IMG/VR virus record: IMGVR_UViG_3300009158_000001
Location: 1-64,000 of that record
Strand: one strand, 5' to 3'
DNA length: 64,000 nucleotides
Source of the DNA: a virus
The notes under the pieces were generated by a model. It was not told the origin of the DNA. It made no database searches and was given only the letters and a program-made list of their open reading frames with translations. Positions 26,350 through 37,501 of the stretch are shown here, piece after piece (the stretch's first letter is position 1; every line of letters starts with the position of its first letter). The translations under genes and the position numbers were made by a program.

Positions 26350-27921
26350 TTACTTTATTTTGTATACAGTTAATATAACACTTGGTATAGCAGGTCGTTC
26401 CTGACCAACAGTTGTAACTGCATCTGCATGTATTATTTCTATATGTACATCTTCGGTTGCCCAACATAGTTGCACATAGTCTCCTGCTGCAGCAGTAAAC
26501 ATAAGGTTCCAAGCCGCTACTGTCTTAGATGCAGAGGCACTACCTGTCATAGTAATTTTAGTATTAGTATTAGCAACGTTTGCAGCCCCAGTTGTACCAT
26601 TTTTTCTAAGCCAAATATTTACATCTTTATTCCCAGATCCTGAAACTCTATCAAGTTGAGCTGAGAACTGAAGATTATAAACTCCAGGATACTCAAAAGT
26701 AATCTTAGTGGGTTGTGGTGGACTTTGACTATCATTTACAACAGTGATTCCATATCCTTCCTCAAACGTATTAAAACGCATAGGATATGCTGTGTTTGCT
26801 ACAGCCGCCTCTTGATCTAGGTTGTCAGTATAAACACAGTAAACAGGACGAGAAGATACTATTGAACTATTAGCTATGTTGGGCCAAGTAGACACAGCTT
26901 GAACCCAAGAGCCAGGAGAGCTAGGGTTAGTACTTGCAAACACAGTATTTGTTGTATCAAATATATAAGGAGTGTCACCTCCTATTGCTTTATATAGATC
27001 AGTAGAATAGATATATGAGTTTGTAACTCTACAGGCATGGATAGAATCCGAAAGAGATATTAGGTTGTACATATAAGATGTACTTGTAAGATTGCAATTA
27101 TCTATAGATAGATCTATTTCATTATTTCCACCCTGCATAAATAAATATACACTATCTATTTTACAATTAGAGAAATTAACGTACCAAATGTCTCCTACTC
27201 CTTGTTCAAGTGCTTCCAAGTATGCATTGCCTTCGCCCGATCCCCATGTACTTTTAATTGTGCAATTATCAAAAGTATATTTAGTTCCATTTGCTCCAAG
27301 CAAAGTAAACATACAATAGTCATCATCTCCGCTATGGTATTTAGCATAAAAAACACAACTCTTAAAGAAAACAGCAAGACCTTCGTAAGCGGCATTTGAA
27401 CTAGTGCAATTGAAAAACCTAGCACCAAATGTTACATTTGAATCTAAAGCAAGAAACTTGCAGTTCTCAAAAGTATAAGTACTTGTAAGAGTATTACTTC
27501 CAGTAAAGGTAATAATATCTGAATCCCCAACTGACTTAGGAAAGAATATTATATTTTTAACATTAAACTCTCCCAGACTTTCGTCAAAAGTATGTGTTCC
27601 TTGTACAAAGACTCCATAATTTTGAGAAACATCTGTTGGATCGTATGAAACATTATCTAATGTACTAGGTACTTCAGTGCCAACTACAGCTACACCAGGT
27701 TTAAAACTTAAGTTTTCTAAATATAAGCCTGGCTTTACATAAACTACTTGTGCACTATCACTACTACTAGCTAATGTATATGCATCATTAATGGCTGTTT
27801 GTATACTTGTATAGGGCGCTTTTCCTGCTACTCCAACAACAAACTGTGTTGCACTATAACCATAAATAGTAACAATACTATTGCTGTTATGATCTGAAAC
27901 TGTAAATGGTTTAGTGCTCAT
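26350..27921 (-). CDS. Tail spike/fibre-like protein with right-handed beta-helix (pectin-lyase-like) region
   Basis: PYTSIQTAINDA...VYVKPGLYLENL cap motif, repeated F.NC.(F/I) strands, and a C-terminal beta-sandwich (ITFEYPGVYNLQFSAQL). Confidence 0.65.
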   Translation of the reverse strand: MSTKPFTVSDHNSNSIVTIYGYSATQFVVGVAGKAPYTSIQTAINDAYTLASSSDSAQVVYVKPGLYLENLSFKPGVAVVGTEVPSTLDNVSYDPTDVSQNYGVFVQGTHTFDESLGEFNVKNIIFFPKSVGDSDIITFTGSNTLTSTYTFENCKFLALDSNVTFGARFFNCTSSNAAYEGLAVFFKSCVFYAKYHSGDDDYCMFTLLGANGTKYTFDNCTIKSTWGSGEGNAYLEALEQGVGDIWYVNFSNCKIDSVYLFMQGGNNEIDLSIDNCNLTSTSYMYNLISLSDSIHACRVTNSYIYSTDLYKAIGGDTPYIFDTTNTVFASTNPSSPGSWVQAVSTWPNIANSSIVSSRPVYCVYTDNLDQEAAVANTAYPMRFNTFEEGYGITVVNDSQSPPQPTKITFEYPGVYNLQFSAQLDRVSGSGNKDVNIWLRKNGTTGAANVANTNTKITMTGSASASKTVAAWNLMFTAAAGDYVQLCWATEDVHIEIIHADAVTTVGQERPAIPSVILTVYKIK

Positions 27922-27929
27922 AATTCCTC

Positions 27930-30290
27930 CTAACTGCAGGTGCCAATTTCAGTAACAAATGTAGAAACATGTAAATACCCACCATCTAGATTAGCTATTG
28001 ATAAAATAGTCATTCCGTCTACAACAGTAGTAGACAATGTAAATAATGGGTCATCAGTATATACGGCTCCATATACTATGTGATTAACAGTATCACTAAG
28101 TTTTTTTCTGATTACCAATACTTCACAGCTATGTGTTCTCCAAGAACTTCCATTATCGTATTCTGCTTGAAGAATTACTTTTGCCGTAGATATATATTCA
28201 TTACCTGTCCAGGCTACTCCTGTTTCAGTGTCACCTATTACAAGGCTACCATTTGCCTTGTTGAAGGACTGGGAGTTTTGAGAACCCGGAAAGTTTAATT
28301 TTTTATTATTATCAAAATTCCAAGTATAGTCACCATTTGTAATCTTAATGGCTCCGGCTGTGGCTCCAGTACCAGCTTCAAGTTCTACGTCTCCGCCTAT
28401 ACCGCTGTTTGAATTTGCACCTTTAATCCAGACTTTACCACCGTCACCGGTTGAATTTGCGTAACCTCCTTTAATATTAACATATCCACCAGCTCCAACT
28501 CCTTGGGCACGGCCACCTTCAATATTGATATGTCCTCCAGCTCCACTTCCCTGAGCCCAACCACCTTCAATATTCACATATCCTGCATCTGCAATACCAT
28601 ATGAATAGCCACCTCGAACCTTCGCGTCACCGCCAGGGCCTGCTTCTGTTAGGGGATCTGCAAGATCATCATTACCACAGCCTGCCCAAAGATAAACATC
28701 TCCACCTTCACCTTGTGCGTAACCTTGTTGGCCTTGAATTATAAAACGTTCAGCATTTGGAGTTACACTATTAGGAGTTGGACCAGTAATAATGGTTTCA
28801 CTTCCAGCCGCGCCTAATTGCAAAGTACTTCCTGATAACGTATAACCAGCGTAATACCCAGGCATAGTTTTTGTAGGAAGAGAAATTCTTCCATCATTGT
28901 TGAATGTCCAGTTATATGACGTGGTTGCATTATCAAAAGTATTAATACTAACATGATGATCTTCATTGTAACTATTGTCTTGGTCTCGAACAGTTACATT
29001 TGCTTTTTCTCCGCCAAGAATAAGTATTGCTGCAGCCTCATCAATAGGGCCACCAGCTCTTATATGGATATGGCTAGGCGCTGTAGGATCAATAATTAAA
29101 TATTGCCCTGCATCTCCATATCCAGAGTTAGGGCTTATACTATACAAATCCACATCTGGTACTAATTCAATCGTACCTCTTTCAAGACCATCTCCGCTAC
29201 CAGTACCAGACCCAAGAATCCTTATACCCTCGAAGCTTATATCTCCTGTGTAAGTTGCACTTGTATTTAATGTATTAGCAATGTTTTGAATTGCCAATCC
29301 CCCAGTTAAATAGCTAGGTCTATTTTCTATAGTGCAGTCTACTAGCGTAACAAACATTTCCTTATTTAGAGCTTTGAATATAGGCGTATCAAATCCTTCA
29401 ACATCCCTGTTAATAAAATAACTAGAAATTGCACTGATATTTGTCTGTCCTCCACCTTCACTATTGTCTCTGAATATTTCTCCAAGCCCAGCAATTTTAC
29501 TATCTTCTATTCGAATATCACAATCACTGTTTGTACTATCTATAGTAAATAAAGTTGTAGTGTAGAAATTGCAATCAATTAAAGTTAAATTAGCATCTGT
29601 AATATAAAGACCACTAAGAGCTCCTTCTCCTCCATTAAAAAACATAGAATTTTTAAATATAAAACTATTGCTATGCCTAGACTCTCCTATCCCACTTTCT
29701 AAGATAAACATACTAGGAGTAGCCATAAAGATAGTACAGTCTTCAAGTTCACATTGAAGTCCTCCGAACATTGTTGTAGCAGGGCAATTTATTACTTCAT
29801 AATCACTAGGAGCCCCTACTTCAAACTGAGAAAGTGTACAATTTTTAAACTTAAAAACTGAACCATAAACTTCTTCAACAGGAGAAACATCCAAATTGTG
29901 AAAATAAATTATTGGAGCATCTACATTATTAGATTCAAACCTAATATTCTTTAAAGTAATAATATGGGGATTAATATTATAGGAGACAATATGATTACCT
30001 TTAATAATTGTTTCGGCAGTATCTGGACTATCTGGCATTAAATCTCCGCCACCTTCACCGTAGTTAATAGTTGTAGTAGGAGTACTAAGGCTTACAAGAG
30101 ATACATTGTAAGCAAATGCAAGATCTTCCTCATAGATGCCAGGACCAATAAGCACCATTTGCGGCCCATCCAATTCTGAGGCCGCAGTGATAGCTGCAGT
30201 AATAGTTTGATATGTGCCACGCCCATCTGCTCTAACAATAAAGTCAGAGTACTTAGGACTGAATGAAGATGTACGTAAAATGCTAGACAT
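27930..30290 (-). CDS. Tail spike/fibre-like protein: beta-helix N-part + Gly-rich repeat shaft
   Basis: VRADGRGTYQTITAAI...VLIGPGIYEEDL cap, F.NC/L.DC strands, and GG-x-V-x-I-x-GG repeats. Confidence 0.7.
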   Translation of the reverse strand: MSSILRTSSFSPKYSDFIVRADGRGTYQTITAAITAASELDGPQMVLIGPGIYEEDLAFAYNVSLVSLSTPTTTINYGEGGGDLMPDSPDTAETIIKGNHIVSYNINPHIITLKNIRFESNNVDAPIIYFHNLDVSPVEEVYGSVFKFKNCTLSQFEVGAPSDYEVINCPATTMFGGLQCELEDCTIFMATPSMFILESGIGESRHSNSFIFKNSMFFNGGEGALSGLYITDANLTLIDCNFYTTTLFTIDSTNSDCDIRIEDSKIAGLGEIFRDNSEGGGQTNISAISSYFINRDVEGFDTPIFKALNKEMFVTLVDCTIENRPSYLTGGLAIQNIANTLNTSATYTGDISFEGIRILGSGTGSGDGLERGTIELVPDVDLYSISPNSGYGDAGQYLIIDPTAPSHIHIRAGGPIDEAAAILILGGEKANVTVRDQDNSYNEDHHVSINTFDNATTSYNWTFNNDGRISLPTKTMPGYYAGYTLSGSTLQLGAAGSETIITGPTPNSVTPNAERFIIQGQQGYAQGEGGDVYLWAGCGNDDLADPLTEAGPGGDAKVRGGYSYGIADAGYVNIEGGWAQGSGAGGHINIEGGRAQGVGAGGYVNIKGGYANSTGDGGKVWIKGANSNSGIGGDVELEAGTGATAGAIKITNGDYTWNFDNNKKLNFPGSQNSQSFNKANGSLVIGDTETGVAWTGNEYISTAKVILQAEYDNGSSWRTHSCEVLVIRKKLSDTVNHIVYGAVYTDDPLFTLSTTVVDGMTILSIANLDGGYLHVSTFVTEIGTCS
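28345..28735 (-). repeat. Protein-level ~16-aa Gly-rich tandem repeat (about 8 units)
   Basis: GGDVYLWAG, GGDAKVRGG, AGYVNIEGG, GGHINIEGG, GGYVNIKGG, GGKVWIKGA, GGDVELEAG, AGAIKIT. Confidence 0.8.
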
Positions 30291-30293
30291 TAT

Positions 30294-31595
30294 TTATCTC
30301 CCGTAAAGAATAAGCCAGGAATCTTGGCTATCAATCCATTTAAACCCAACTGTTCCATAATCTGTATTAATTACAACTGGCAAGCCACCCCCGACCCCAA
30401 TAATCTGATGGCCTGTTGCAGGGTAAATATTTATGTTATTGCTACTTGCAGTTCCACTTATATCTGCGACAATAACTTCAACTGATATTGCTGAGGTTGC
30501 TGTTGACGGTAATGTATATATAACAGGACCGTCAGCATCAAGAAGAACAGTTAGCTTATTCTTTCCAAGAATATCTACAATAGTATCTTCATCAATGTCA
30601 TCTGGAGCTAAAGTATATGGACCAGACCCTGTTAGAGAAAGTTCAATAATACGCTCTGCATAGCCAGAGCCCCCGCTTCCGCCTGTTCCGATTGGAACGT
30701 CATCCCCATCACTTTTAACAACATGCAACGTGTCATCAAAACCAGAATAATATATTTTAACTTGGTTTGCTGAAGGTAAAGATCCAGGATAAGCTGACAA
30801 TACAGGCATACAATAAGAACTGTTAAAGATAATTTTATCTGCTGTAAAGTTTATATCTTCACTGGCTGTCTCAACTGCAAATCCATCTGTATCGTATACA
30901 AATAAGCCCCCACTAGGACCACCAAGTAATTCAAAATTACTACTTAGTACTTTGAATGTATCGTCGCCTACTAGAATACCAGTACCATCACCATTAAGTA
31001 AAGCTGGATATGTTACTGAGTTATAACCATATCCTGTAAGCTTCCAAGTTGACAAAGAAAACTCATCGTTCTCAACTGTGACAATTGTCCCATTATCTGC
31101 TCCAGCACCTGCTGCACTTAAGAATGCCTCAAGGCTTGATGTTAGACTAAGTAATGGATTAAGATTTACACTGACTTGTGTGTCAACATAATTTTTCATA
31201 TTCAAGAATGATTCATAGATTGTGGCTGGGCGTTTTTCTCCATTAAATGTAAGCCCGTCTTCTGTGACATTTTCTATGATAAATAAAGTATCTTTATTGA
31301 GAAAACTTACTGTAGAGTTTAAGTTTGAAGCGTAAGTGTAAATACTTGTTCCATCTAAACCCATTGCGGAATCTTTAATCCCAGTAAGATTACCTATTGC
31401 AGTATTTGTGCTCCAACCCCACCTAGACACAAGATCTGTTTCCGAGACAGGACGCAGATCCCCATAATTAAAAACCTCAGCTAGAAAATTAATACCTTGA
31501 GCAAGTTCAGAGTATGATTGCACAAGGCTTCTAGTTAAGGTATTTGGATTAGTAGAAACCCCAGCTACTAAACTTGGTGCTCTTGTAATGGGCAT
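30294..31595 (-). CDS. Virion/tail-fibre-associated protein
   Basis: The C-terminal 'YTLPS...VIVADISGTASSNNINIYP..G..I...VINTDYGTVGF.W' pattern is typical of phage tail-fibre/baseplate beta modules. Confidence 0.55.
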   Translation of the reverse strand: MPITRAPSLVAGVSTNPNTLTRSLVQSYSELAQGINFLAEVFNYGDLRPVSETDLVSRWGWSTNTAIGNLTGIKDSAMGLDGTSIYTYASNLNSTVSFLNKDTLFIIENVTEDGLTFNGEKRPATIYESFLNMKNYVDTQVSVNLNPLLSLTSSLEAFLSAAGAGADNGTIVTVENDEFSLSTWKLTGYGYNSVTYPALLNGDGTGILVGDDTFKVLSSNFELLGGPSGGLFVYDTDGFAVETASEDINFTADKIIFNSSYCMPVLSAYPGSLPSANQVKIYYSGFDDTLHVVKSDGDDVPIGTGGSGGSGYAERIIELSLTGSGPYTLAPDDIDEDTIVDILGKNKLTVLLDADGPVIYTLPSTATSAISVEVIVADISGTASSNNINIYPATGHQIIGVGGGLPVVINTDYGTVGFKWIDSQDSWLILYGR

Positions 31596-31596
31596 A

Positions 31597-33546
31597 TTAT
31601 TCTCCTATCTTGATTTTAAAACTTGATAAAATTGGAGTGCTTGATGGATCTGATGTCTTTAATGTTGCCATTAAACCTACTAGAACTGTTTCACTCCGCT
31701 TTTTGTAGTGTTCAATGTAACAATTTTTTGCATCAATTTCTTTATTAAGAATAACACAAAAACCGTCTTTTGTAATTGAATCTTTAACATTGTTATATCT
31801 AAGTAAATAGTATTCTTTATTAGATATACTTGAGATATTATTAGTATTCATTAACTTTGTTTGAGCTCTTCGTGTAAATCCTCCATAAGGATTTATTTTT
31901 AAGTTTGTACCTTCTACTAAATACTTAGCATTGTATGGAAATAAAGGATCTAAATCTTTTAGTTCTTCTAACGAAGAAAACTCTGATCCAACAGAATAAT
32001 AGGAGTTTGCTGGAATCTTAATCTTAAACCATCCAGTCTTATTAAAATAAATTACATTACTTGTAATGTCAAAGTTAAAAACATCAGAAAGATCAGAAGT
32101 AGGAACAAATCCCTCAACCGCAACTCCGCTATTGCCAAAGTCTATTTTCTTTTCTTCACTCTTATCAACGTATACCCAAGTGTAATAGTATTTACCAATC
32201 TTCTCTACAAGATCTGGACTATTACTTCTTTCGCTTGAGTAATTGATAAAGATATTAGCAGACTGTAATCCATTCTGACTTGCATCTATTAGATAGTTAA
32301 CAACTTTATATTGATTATCAAAGCTATACAAAGTAGACACGTCTTTAATATCTACCAAAGAAACCGTATTTACTGTATCAACTAGCGGGTTTATATTCTG
32401 TATGTTATTGACGATTTGCGTATTAAATAGCTTTAAACCGTATGGTGCACTTCCAGGCATTTTATTTATTGGATTAATAGGGTATAAACTAAAATCTTTA
32501 TCATCTCCAATAGCTAACTGGTAATCGATACCATTTACATTTGGTTCTACAAAGTCACATACTTCAAGAGCAAGCTGATTTACATTTTGTAAAGCATAAA
32601 ACTTACTAAAATATAAACCACTTTTTTCAAAGTCTTTCTGCTTTTTATTTACTATAAGCTTTTTAATATTAAAAATATATCTGTATGCTGTATTGCCGTC
32701 TACAATTTCATCATATGCATTTTTTGTCAAAAGAACTTGGATAGCTTTAACTTTCCTGTTAATGTAAATAACATTTGAGTTAATAGCATCAGCATTCTCT
32801 AAAATAATGTACGATGTATCCATATCGTCAGTAACAACAGCACTAATTTTACTTTTTACACTAGAATCTGTAATGCCAATATACATTTCTCCGACTTCAG
32901 TTGGAGAATTGAAAATAATATTGAATGTCAAGCCAACGGAATGTGGAGTCAAAGTAGAAACTACACCAGTCCATCCATTCGTTGTTGTGTCATCGGCTAA
33001 TAAAGCAATAGAACTTCCTGGAACAGTAGCAACTCTTTCTGTTCCTGTCTCTGGTGTCCTAGAAACTTCTACACTGTAACTGCTAGTAGGAATTCTACGA
33101 TAACTTTCAAGAACTTCATTGTTTGTGAAAAGCTTTGTATTTGCGTTTGCAAGCCTAACACAGTGATTCACTATGTCTATTTCTACATTTTCTGGAGCAA
33201 GAAGAGGTTCAGTCTCTTGGCCATGAAAGTCGTAATAGATACTCTTATAAAATCCATCAGTATCTGATCTAAGAAATAACCTATCATTAATAATTGTTTC
33301 GCAGTTTGTAAGATTATTGTTTATTTCTTTTTCTTGTATATTCCACTCTACAATATCCATCTCTAACTTTTTAAGTTTTTCATATAAGTCTTTTTGAACT
33401 TCTAGGATTCTTAGTCTTAATTCATTTAATTTACCAGCAGTGAGTCCTTGTTCGCTATAGAAGTTAGGTGAAAGTGCAATCGTGCCCTCAGGCATTCCAT
33501 CTACTATGCTCCCATTAAACAATTTATTTTCATAGTTAATATTCAT
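31597..33546 (-). CDS. Virion structural protein (putative baseplate)
   Basis: 649 aa with an N-terminal coiled coil and a C-terminal 'ATLKTSDPSSTPILSSFKIK' end motif common in baseplate proteins. Structural context. Confidence 0.55.
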   Translation of the reverse strand: MNINYENKLFNGSIVDGMPEGTIALSPNFYSEQGLTAGKLNELRLRILEVQKDLYEKLKKLEMDIVEWNIQEKEINNNLTNCETIINDRLFLRSDTDGFYKSIYYDFHGQETEPLLAPENVEIDIVNHCVRLANANTKLFTNNEVLESYRRIPTSSYSVEVSRTPETGTERVATVPGSSIALLADDTTTNGWTGVVSTLTPHSVGLTFNIIFNSPTEVGEMYIGITDSSVKSKISAVVTDDMDTSYIILENADAINSNVIYINRKVKAIQVLLTKNAYDEIVDGNTAYRYIFNIKKLIVNKKQKDFEKSGLYFSKFYALQNVNQLALEVCDFVEPNVNGIDYQLAIGDDKDFSLYPINPINKMPGSAPYGLKLFNTQIVNNIQNINPLVDTVNTVSLVDIKDVSTLYSFDNQYKVVNYLIDASQNGLQSANIFINYSSERSNSPDLVEKIGKYYYTWVYVDKSEEKKIDFGNSGVAVEGFVPTSDLSDVFNFDITSNVIYFNKTGWFKIKIPANSYYSVGSEFSSLEELKDLDPLFPYNAKYLVEGTNLKINPYGGFTRRAQTKLMNTNNISSISNKEYYLLRYNNVKDSITKDGFCVILNKEIDAKNCYIEHYKKRSETVLVGLMATLKTSDPSSTPILSSFKIKIGE

Positions 33547-33547
33547 T

Positions 33548-36097
33548 TTATCCTATTACTCCCAAAGCAACAGATTCAATAACTGGACTATAGTAGGGCA
33601 ATAAAGACCCTATATCTTTTATATTAGAAGGAAATACAAAGTATTCATTTGTATTTAAAAATTCTTTTTTTGGAATTTCTTTCTCCAATGTAAAGTCTAT
33701 TACTTTTATGCAACTATAATCAAACGAAATAGGTGTTTGTCCAACTGTTGCAGTTTCACCAGTCTCAAACCAATTCAAACTATTGAATAGCTTTACATAT
33801 ATACGGTTAGTAGAGTAGTCAACAGAGAATACATTTAGACTTTCAGATGTTGTAGCTTTTACTCCAACCGTAAGGCTATGATTTTGGCTTAACTTTAGAT
33901 ATAAATTACTCTCATCAAAATAATAATCACCTTCATTGATAAGAACATTATCCGTAACTCGACGATCAAAAGCAAAGTCTTCTATACTCAAAGACTTTGC
34001 AAAAAAATCAGCAAGATTTAAGCTAGTATTTCTTGCTTGATAAGTTACAATTCCATCTACTTTGCTTTTATAATCAAAGTATTCTGTACTATCTGATAAA
34101 GTTGATAGCTCTTGTTGTCCATTAATATATGAAACTTCTTTTTTATTACTAATACGAACACTTCCATAGTGCAATGATATTGACTTTGGCAATTGTATTG
34201 TTCTTAAATCTATACTCATTTTGGGAAAATCTAATACCTTATCCATCAAACTAAATATTCGGAAGTTTGAGTTGAATAATCCCTCAAGAGCACCTACATA
34301 GTTAAAAGTCAAAATATTATCTGGACAATTAATGGTTTTATTCTCTGTATCTGTTTTACCTGAAACTTGTTCCGTCTCCAGGTAGTACACATCCAAAGAT
34401 CCTATTGCAGATAGACTTTGATTTAGGTAAATAATACCTTCTACTCTATCCAGAGAGTACTCATACGCTTCATAAGTTTCTTTCCTGTCAACAAGTCTCC
34501 AAGATACCTCTGATCCATCTAGCCATTTAAATATTATTTTTTGAATATACTTTTTACCTAAAATAATTTGGTCACCAGAATAAGTTGGAGACATTGACGC
34601 TATATTCAATTCTTTAGCATATTCTAGGCCTATGCTTGAGCCTAGACCATTATGCGGTATAGAGATCTGCTGCCCATATACGTAAGTAGGTATTGTGCTT
34701 AAATACAGGTCAACAGGAGTCCCAACACTTAAACTACTAAAGTAGAATGTATATCCTTCTCCTGTATACTCAGAAAAGTAATATCCATTAGCTAAGTCTC
34801 TACCCGGACTTCTAGTTTGCTTTTCGCCATTCACAGTTACTTTGAAATAGTCTTCAAGATTTGCAAACGGCAGGCTTAAAAATACTCGGTTAGAGTTTTC
34901 AACAATGTGAATAATTGTCTGTTTGTTTTCGCTTAGTAACTCTTCCACTACTTTATACTCAGCATTTTTAAATAGATATTCAGTAGGTAATCTTTTTGAT
35001 TTCTCAAATTTAGTCTTCTCTAAGTAATCAAGAGCTAATTTTAGATTTGAAATGCTACATTCAATATAAAATTCTGGATCTTTAATTGGTCCAGACAGCT
35101 TTGTATCTTTTCCTTCTAGCTTTTCAGTATTTGCTAGGATCTTAAAATCAAGAAAAGACTTTTGGCGGTTATCCAACAGAGTGTAGTCTTTGAAGAAAAG
35201 ATATTTATTGCTGAATATAGGCATACGAATAGTCTTAGCCTTTAGTTCATTCTTGTATTTTACTTTCAAAAAGCTAATCTTTTTAATATCGAATTGATTT
35301 ACTTGCTTTGGCGAAACTTTTATTTCTATATATAAAGAATCAGTTAACGCTGGTTTAGCAAGTTGTACCCAATAATCTTTAACTGACCCGTTATAAAGAA
35401 TATCTTGGTTCTGTGTATTTCTTACAAAAAGATTCACGTCTTGCCCAGCATTCTTTATATACTCAAATTCCATCTCATTTATAATTTCATTCTTGCTAAA
35501 AATAACATTTAAGCAAAGTTTTAAAGTAGCGTCATCATCTCTGAAAAAAGAAAATAAATCATTTTGATTATTGTTCCAGAGAGCTTCAATCTTTGAATTT
35601 TGAAAAGGATTACTTTCAGCGCCAATTTTTATATTAGAGTCAGATAGAATTGTTACTTTAGTCGGAATAAAACTAGTTGTCTCCAAGGCTGGAAACCAAA
35701 TTCCACTCTCATCCATCCCATATTTACTATCAGGAATAAACATATTTTTATCATTCAGAGAAAGAACAGAAATGTTGTCTTCATTAAGAAATGAGTTTAA
35801 TACTTTTTTTCTAAGAGCTAAAACGTCATAGCGATCTCTTAGAGCCTGCATTTGCGTTTCTTTTGTGTTGTAAAACTGATTAATTAAAAGTGAGACATCA
35901 TTCATATATAAAATAGAATCATTTATTTCTCTCATCATTTCACCAAATGGCGTAGAGAAATCACTAGTAATTGAACTGTATCTTTTGATAGAAGGACTTT
36001 TTAGGCTACTATCTAAAGTGTCTACGACTATATCTTGCACATCAGAAGATAGTTTTGATTCGATGTCCAGGATTTTATTTTGAATTTCTTTTAACAT
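33548..36097 (-). CDS. Virion structural protein (putative baseplate)
   Basis: 849 aa with an N-terminal coiled coil and YSLDRVEGIIY / FSVDYSTNRIY beta motifs. Ends in YYSPVIESVAL. Confidence 0.55.
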   Translation of the reverse strand: MLKEIQNKILDIESKLSSDVQDIVVDTLDSSLKSPSIKRYSSITSDFSTPFGEMMREINDSILYMNDVSLLINQFYNTKETQMQALRDRYDVLALRKKVLNSFLNEDNISVLSLNDKNMFIPDSKYGMDESGIWFPALETTSFIPTKVTILSDSNIKIGAESNPFQNSKIEALWNNNQNDLFSFFRDDDATLKLCLNVIFSKNEIINEMEFEYIKNAGQDVNLFVRNTQNQDILYNGSVKDYWVQLAKPALTDSLYIEIKVSPKQVNQFDIKKISFLKVKYKNELKAKTIRMPIFSNKYLFFKDYTLLDNRQKSFLDFKILANTEKLEGKDTKLSGPIKDPEFYIECSISNLKLALDYLEKTKFEKSKRLPTEYLFKNAEYKVVEELLSENKQTIIHIVENSNRVFLSLPFANLEDYFKVTVNGEKQTRSPGRDLANGYYFSEYTGEGYTFYFSSLSVGTPVDLYLSTIPTYVYGQQISIPHNGLGSSIGLEYAKELNIASMSPTYSGDQIILGKKYIQKIIFKWLDGSEVSWRLVDRKETYEAYEYSLDRVEGIIYLNQSLSAIGSLDVYYLETEQVSGKTDTENKTINCPDNILTFNYVGALEGLFNSNFRIFSLMDKVLDFPKMSIDLRTIQLPKSISLHYGSVRISNKKEVSYINGQQELSTLSDSTEYFDYKSKVDGIVTYQARNTSLNLADFFAKSLSIEDFAFDRRVTDNVLINEGDYYFDESNLYLKLSQNHSLTVGVKATTSESLNVFSVDYSTNRIYVKLFNSLNWFETGETATVGQTPISFDYSCIKVIDFTLEKEIPKKEFLNTNEYFVFPSNIKDIGSLLPYYSPVIESVALGVIG

Positions 36098-37494
36098 TAA
36101 TTAACACCGAGTCTTGCGATAGGTAAAAAGGAAGCATAGACACTCATACTTCCTATAAAATTTACTTTTCCTTTGAGTTGAAAATCACTAGTAGGAGTTT
36201 TTAATGAGACCCCAGTTCCATTGAACATTATTTCGCCATCCTCGGAGACAGGCCATGCACAATTGATATTCTTTTTTAAAGTATATGTCATGTAAGCATT
36301 GCTTTGTAATGTATCTAGTTTAACATAAAGATACTTTGGAGTTGTACTATACTCTGTAGAATAATAGAAATTACTCTCATTTGCAGATGATTCAATCTCT
36401 TCAATCCTAAACCAATTATTTTTATTAGTGCTTATTTTAAAATCTTTAATATTGAAGTTAGAGTTTCCTAAAGCAGAACTTAAAGAGATTGAATTAAGTG
36501 CTATGCTGCCTTCAATTTCAACTGGGTAAGGGCATTTAAAAATGCTATAAGTCTGCTGTCTTTCAACAAGCTCTAACTTAGATAAAGCTAAATATCTAGA
36601 TGTCTCTGAGATAAAAGAAGGAATTTGAATGCTGTAACTTTTATTATTTATCTTAGTAGACCCTTCAAAGAAAGAAGGATTAGGAGAATCTAAAGTTAAC
36701 GAATTTACATTAAATGTACTATTATAAAAAGCTTCTTTACTTGAGGTAATAGAGATATCTTTTTTATAAATTTTAAACTCAGCATTTAAATAGTAAGATT
36801 TTCCAATCTTATTATTTTTGATAACTATTTTAAATTCATTACTTTCTTCAAAGTATATTGAGTCTTGCTCGAAGTCTATGCTAAAGAAACATTTATCAGA
36901 AGGAGAAATGTTTTCTCTTAAAGAATCTGATGAAAAAATATCAACCCAAGTTCCTATAGGACTTCTCACTTTTATATATACAACATCATTTATCTTTTTG
37001 TTTATAACTAGCAGAGATCCTTTTTGGCTATTTGGAACTTTAAAATAAATCTCTGAGAAATAAGATTTTTTTTGAAATGATGAGTAAACTTTATTGTTCT
37101 CTAAGCGTGCATTTGTTGGCATCTCAATAAAAGAAAGATTCTTATTTAAACCCTTCACCTCAAAACCATCTATCTCAAGTGATGGACTCTCTTTTGAGAA
37201 AAAAGAAATAGAATCCATAGTTGGTAATGCATTGCTGTTATATATAGCTAATTTTGAGTAGTATTCTGTGAGGAATAAATCTTCTACCAAAGCTTTTACT
37301 TCTATTGATTCTTTTTCTTGCCTATCAAGTAAGACATTATGTTTAGTTTGTAGAGTTTGAGATTCTTTTTCAAAACTTTCGACAACACTTTGAACTTGAA
37401 AAAGCCTTGAAATAAGATCAAAACTGCCATTGCCTGCTGTTCCTAAGGACATAGAAGGCATTGGTAAATTCTTATTTACAAATGTTGTTTTCAT
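36097..37494 (-). CDS. Virion structural protein (putative)
   Basis: 465 aa, stop/start overlap with the next gene, N-terminal coiled coil. Confidence 0.5.
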   Translation of the reverse strand: MKTTFVNKNLPMPSMSLGTAGNGSFDLISRLFQVQSVVESFEKESQTLQTKHNVLLDRQEKESIEVKALVEDLFLTEYYSKLAIYNSNALPTMDSISFFSKESPSLEIDGFEVKGLNKNLSFIEMPTNARLENNKVYSSFQKKSYFSEIYFKVPNSQKGSLLVINKKINDVVYIKVRSPIGTWVDIFSSDSLRENISPSDKCFFSIDFEQDSIYFEESNEFKIVIKNNKIGKSYYLNAEFKIYKKDISITSSKEAFYNSTFNVNSLTLDSPNPSFFEGSTKINNKSYSIQIPSFISETSRYLALSKLELVERQQTYSIFKCPYPVEIEGSIALNSISLSSALGNSNFNIKDFKISTNKNNWFRIEEIESSANESNFYYSTEYSTTPKYLYVKLDTLQSNAYMTYTLKKNINCAWPVSEDGEIMFNGTGVSLKTPTSDFQLKGKVNFIGSMSVYASFLPIARLGVN

Positions 37495-37501
37495 TTTTTC
37501 C

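Noticed and set aside
26350-31595. Diversity-generating retroelement acting on tail fibres
   Set aside because: No reverse transcriptase and no near-identical TR/VR nucleotide repeat were seen in the window.
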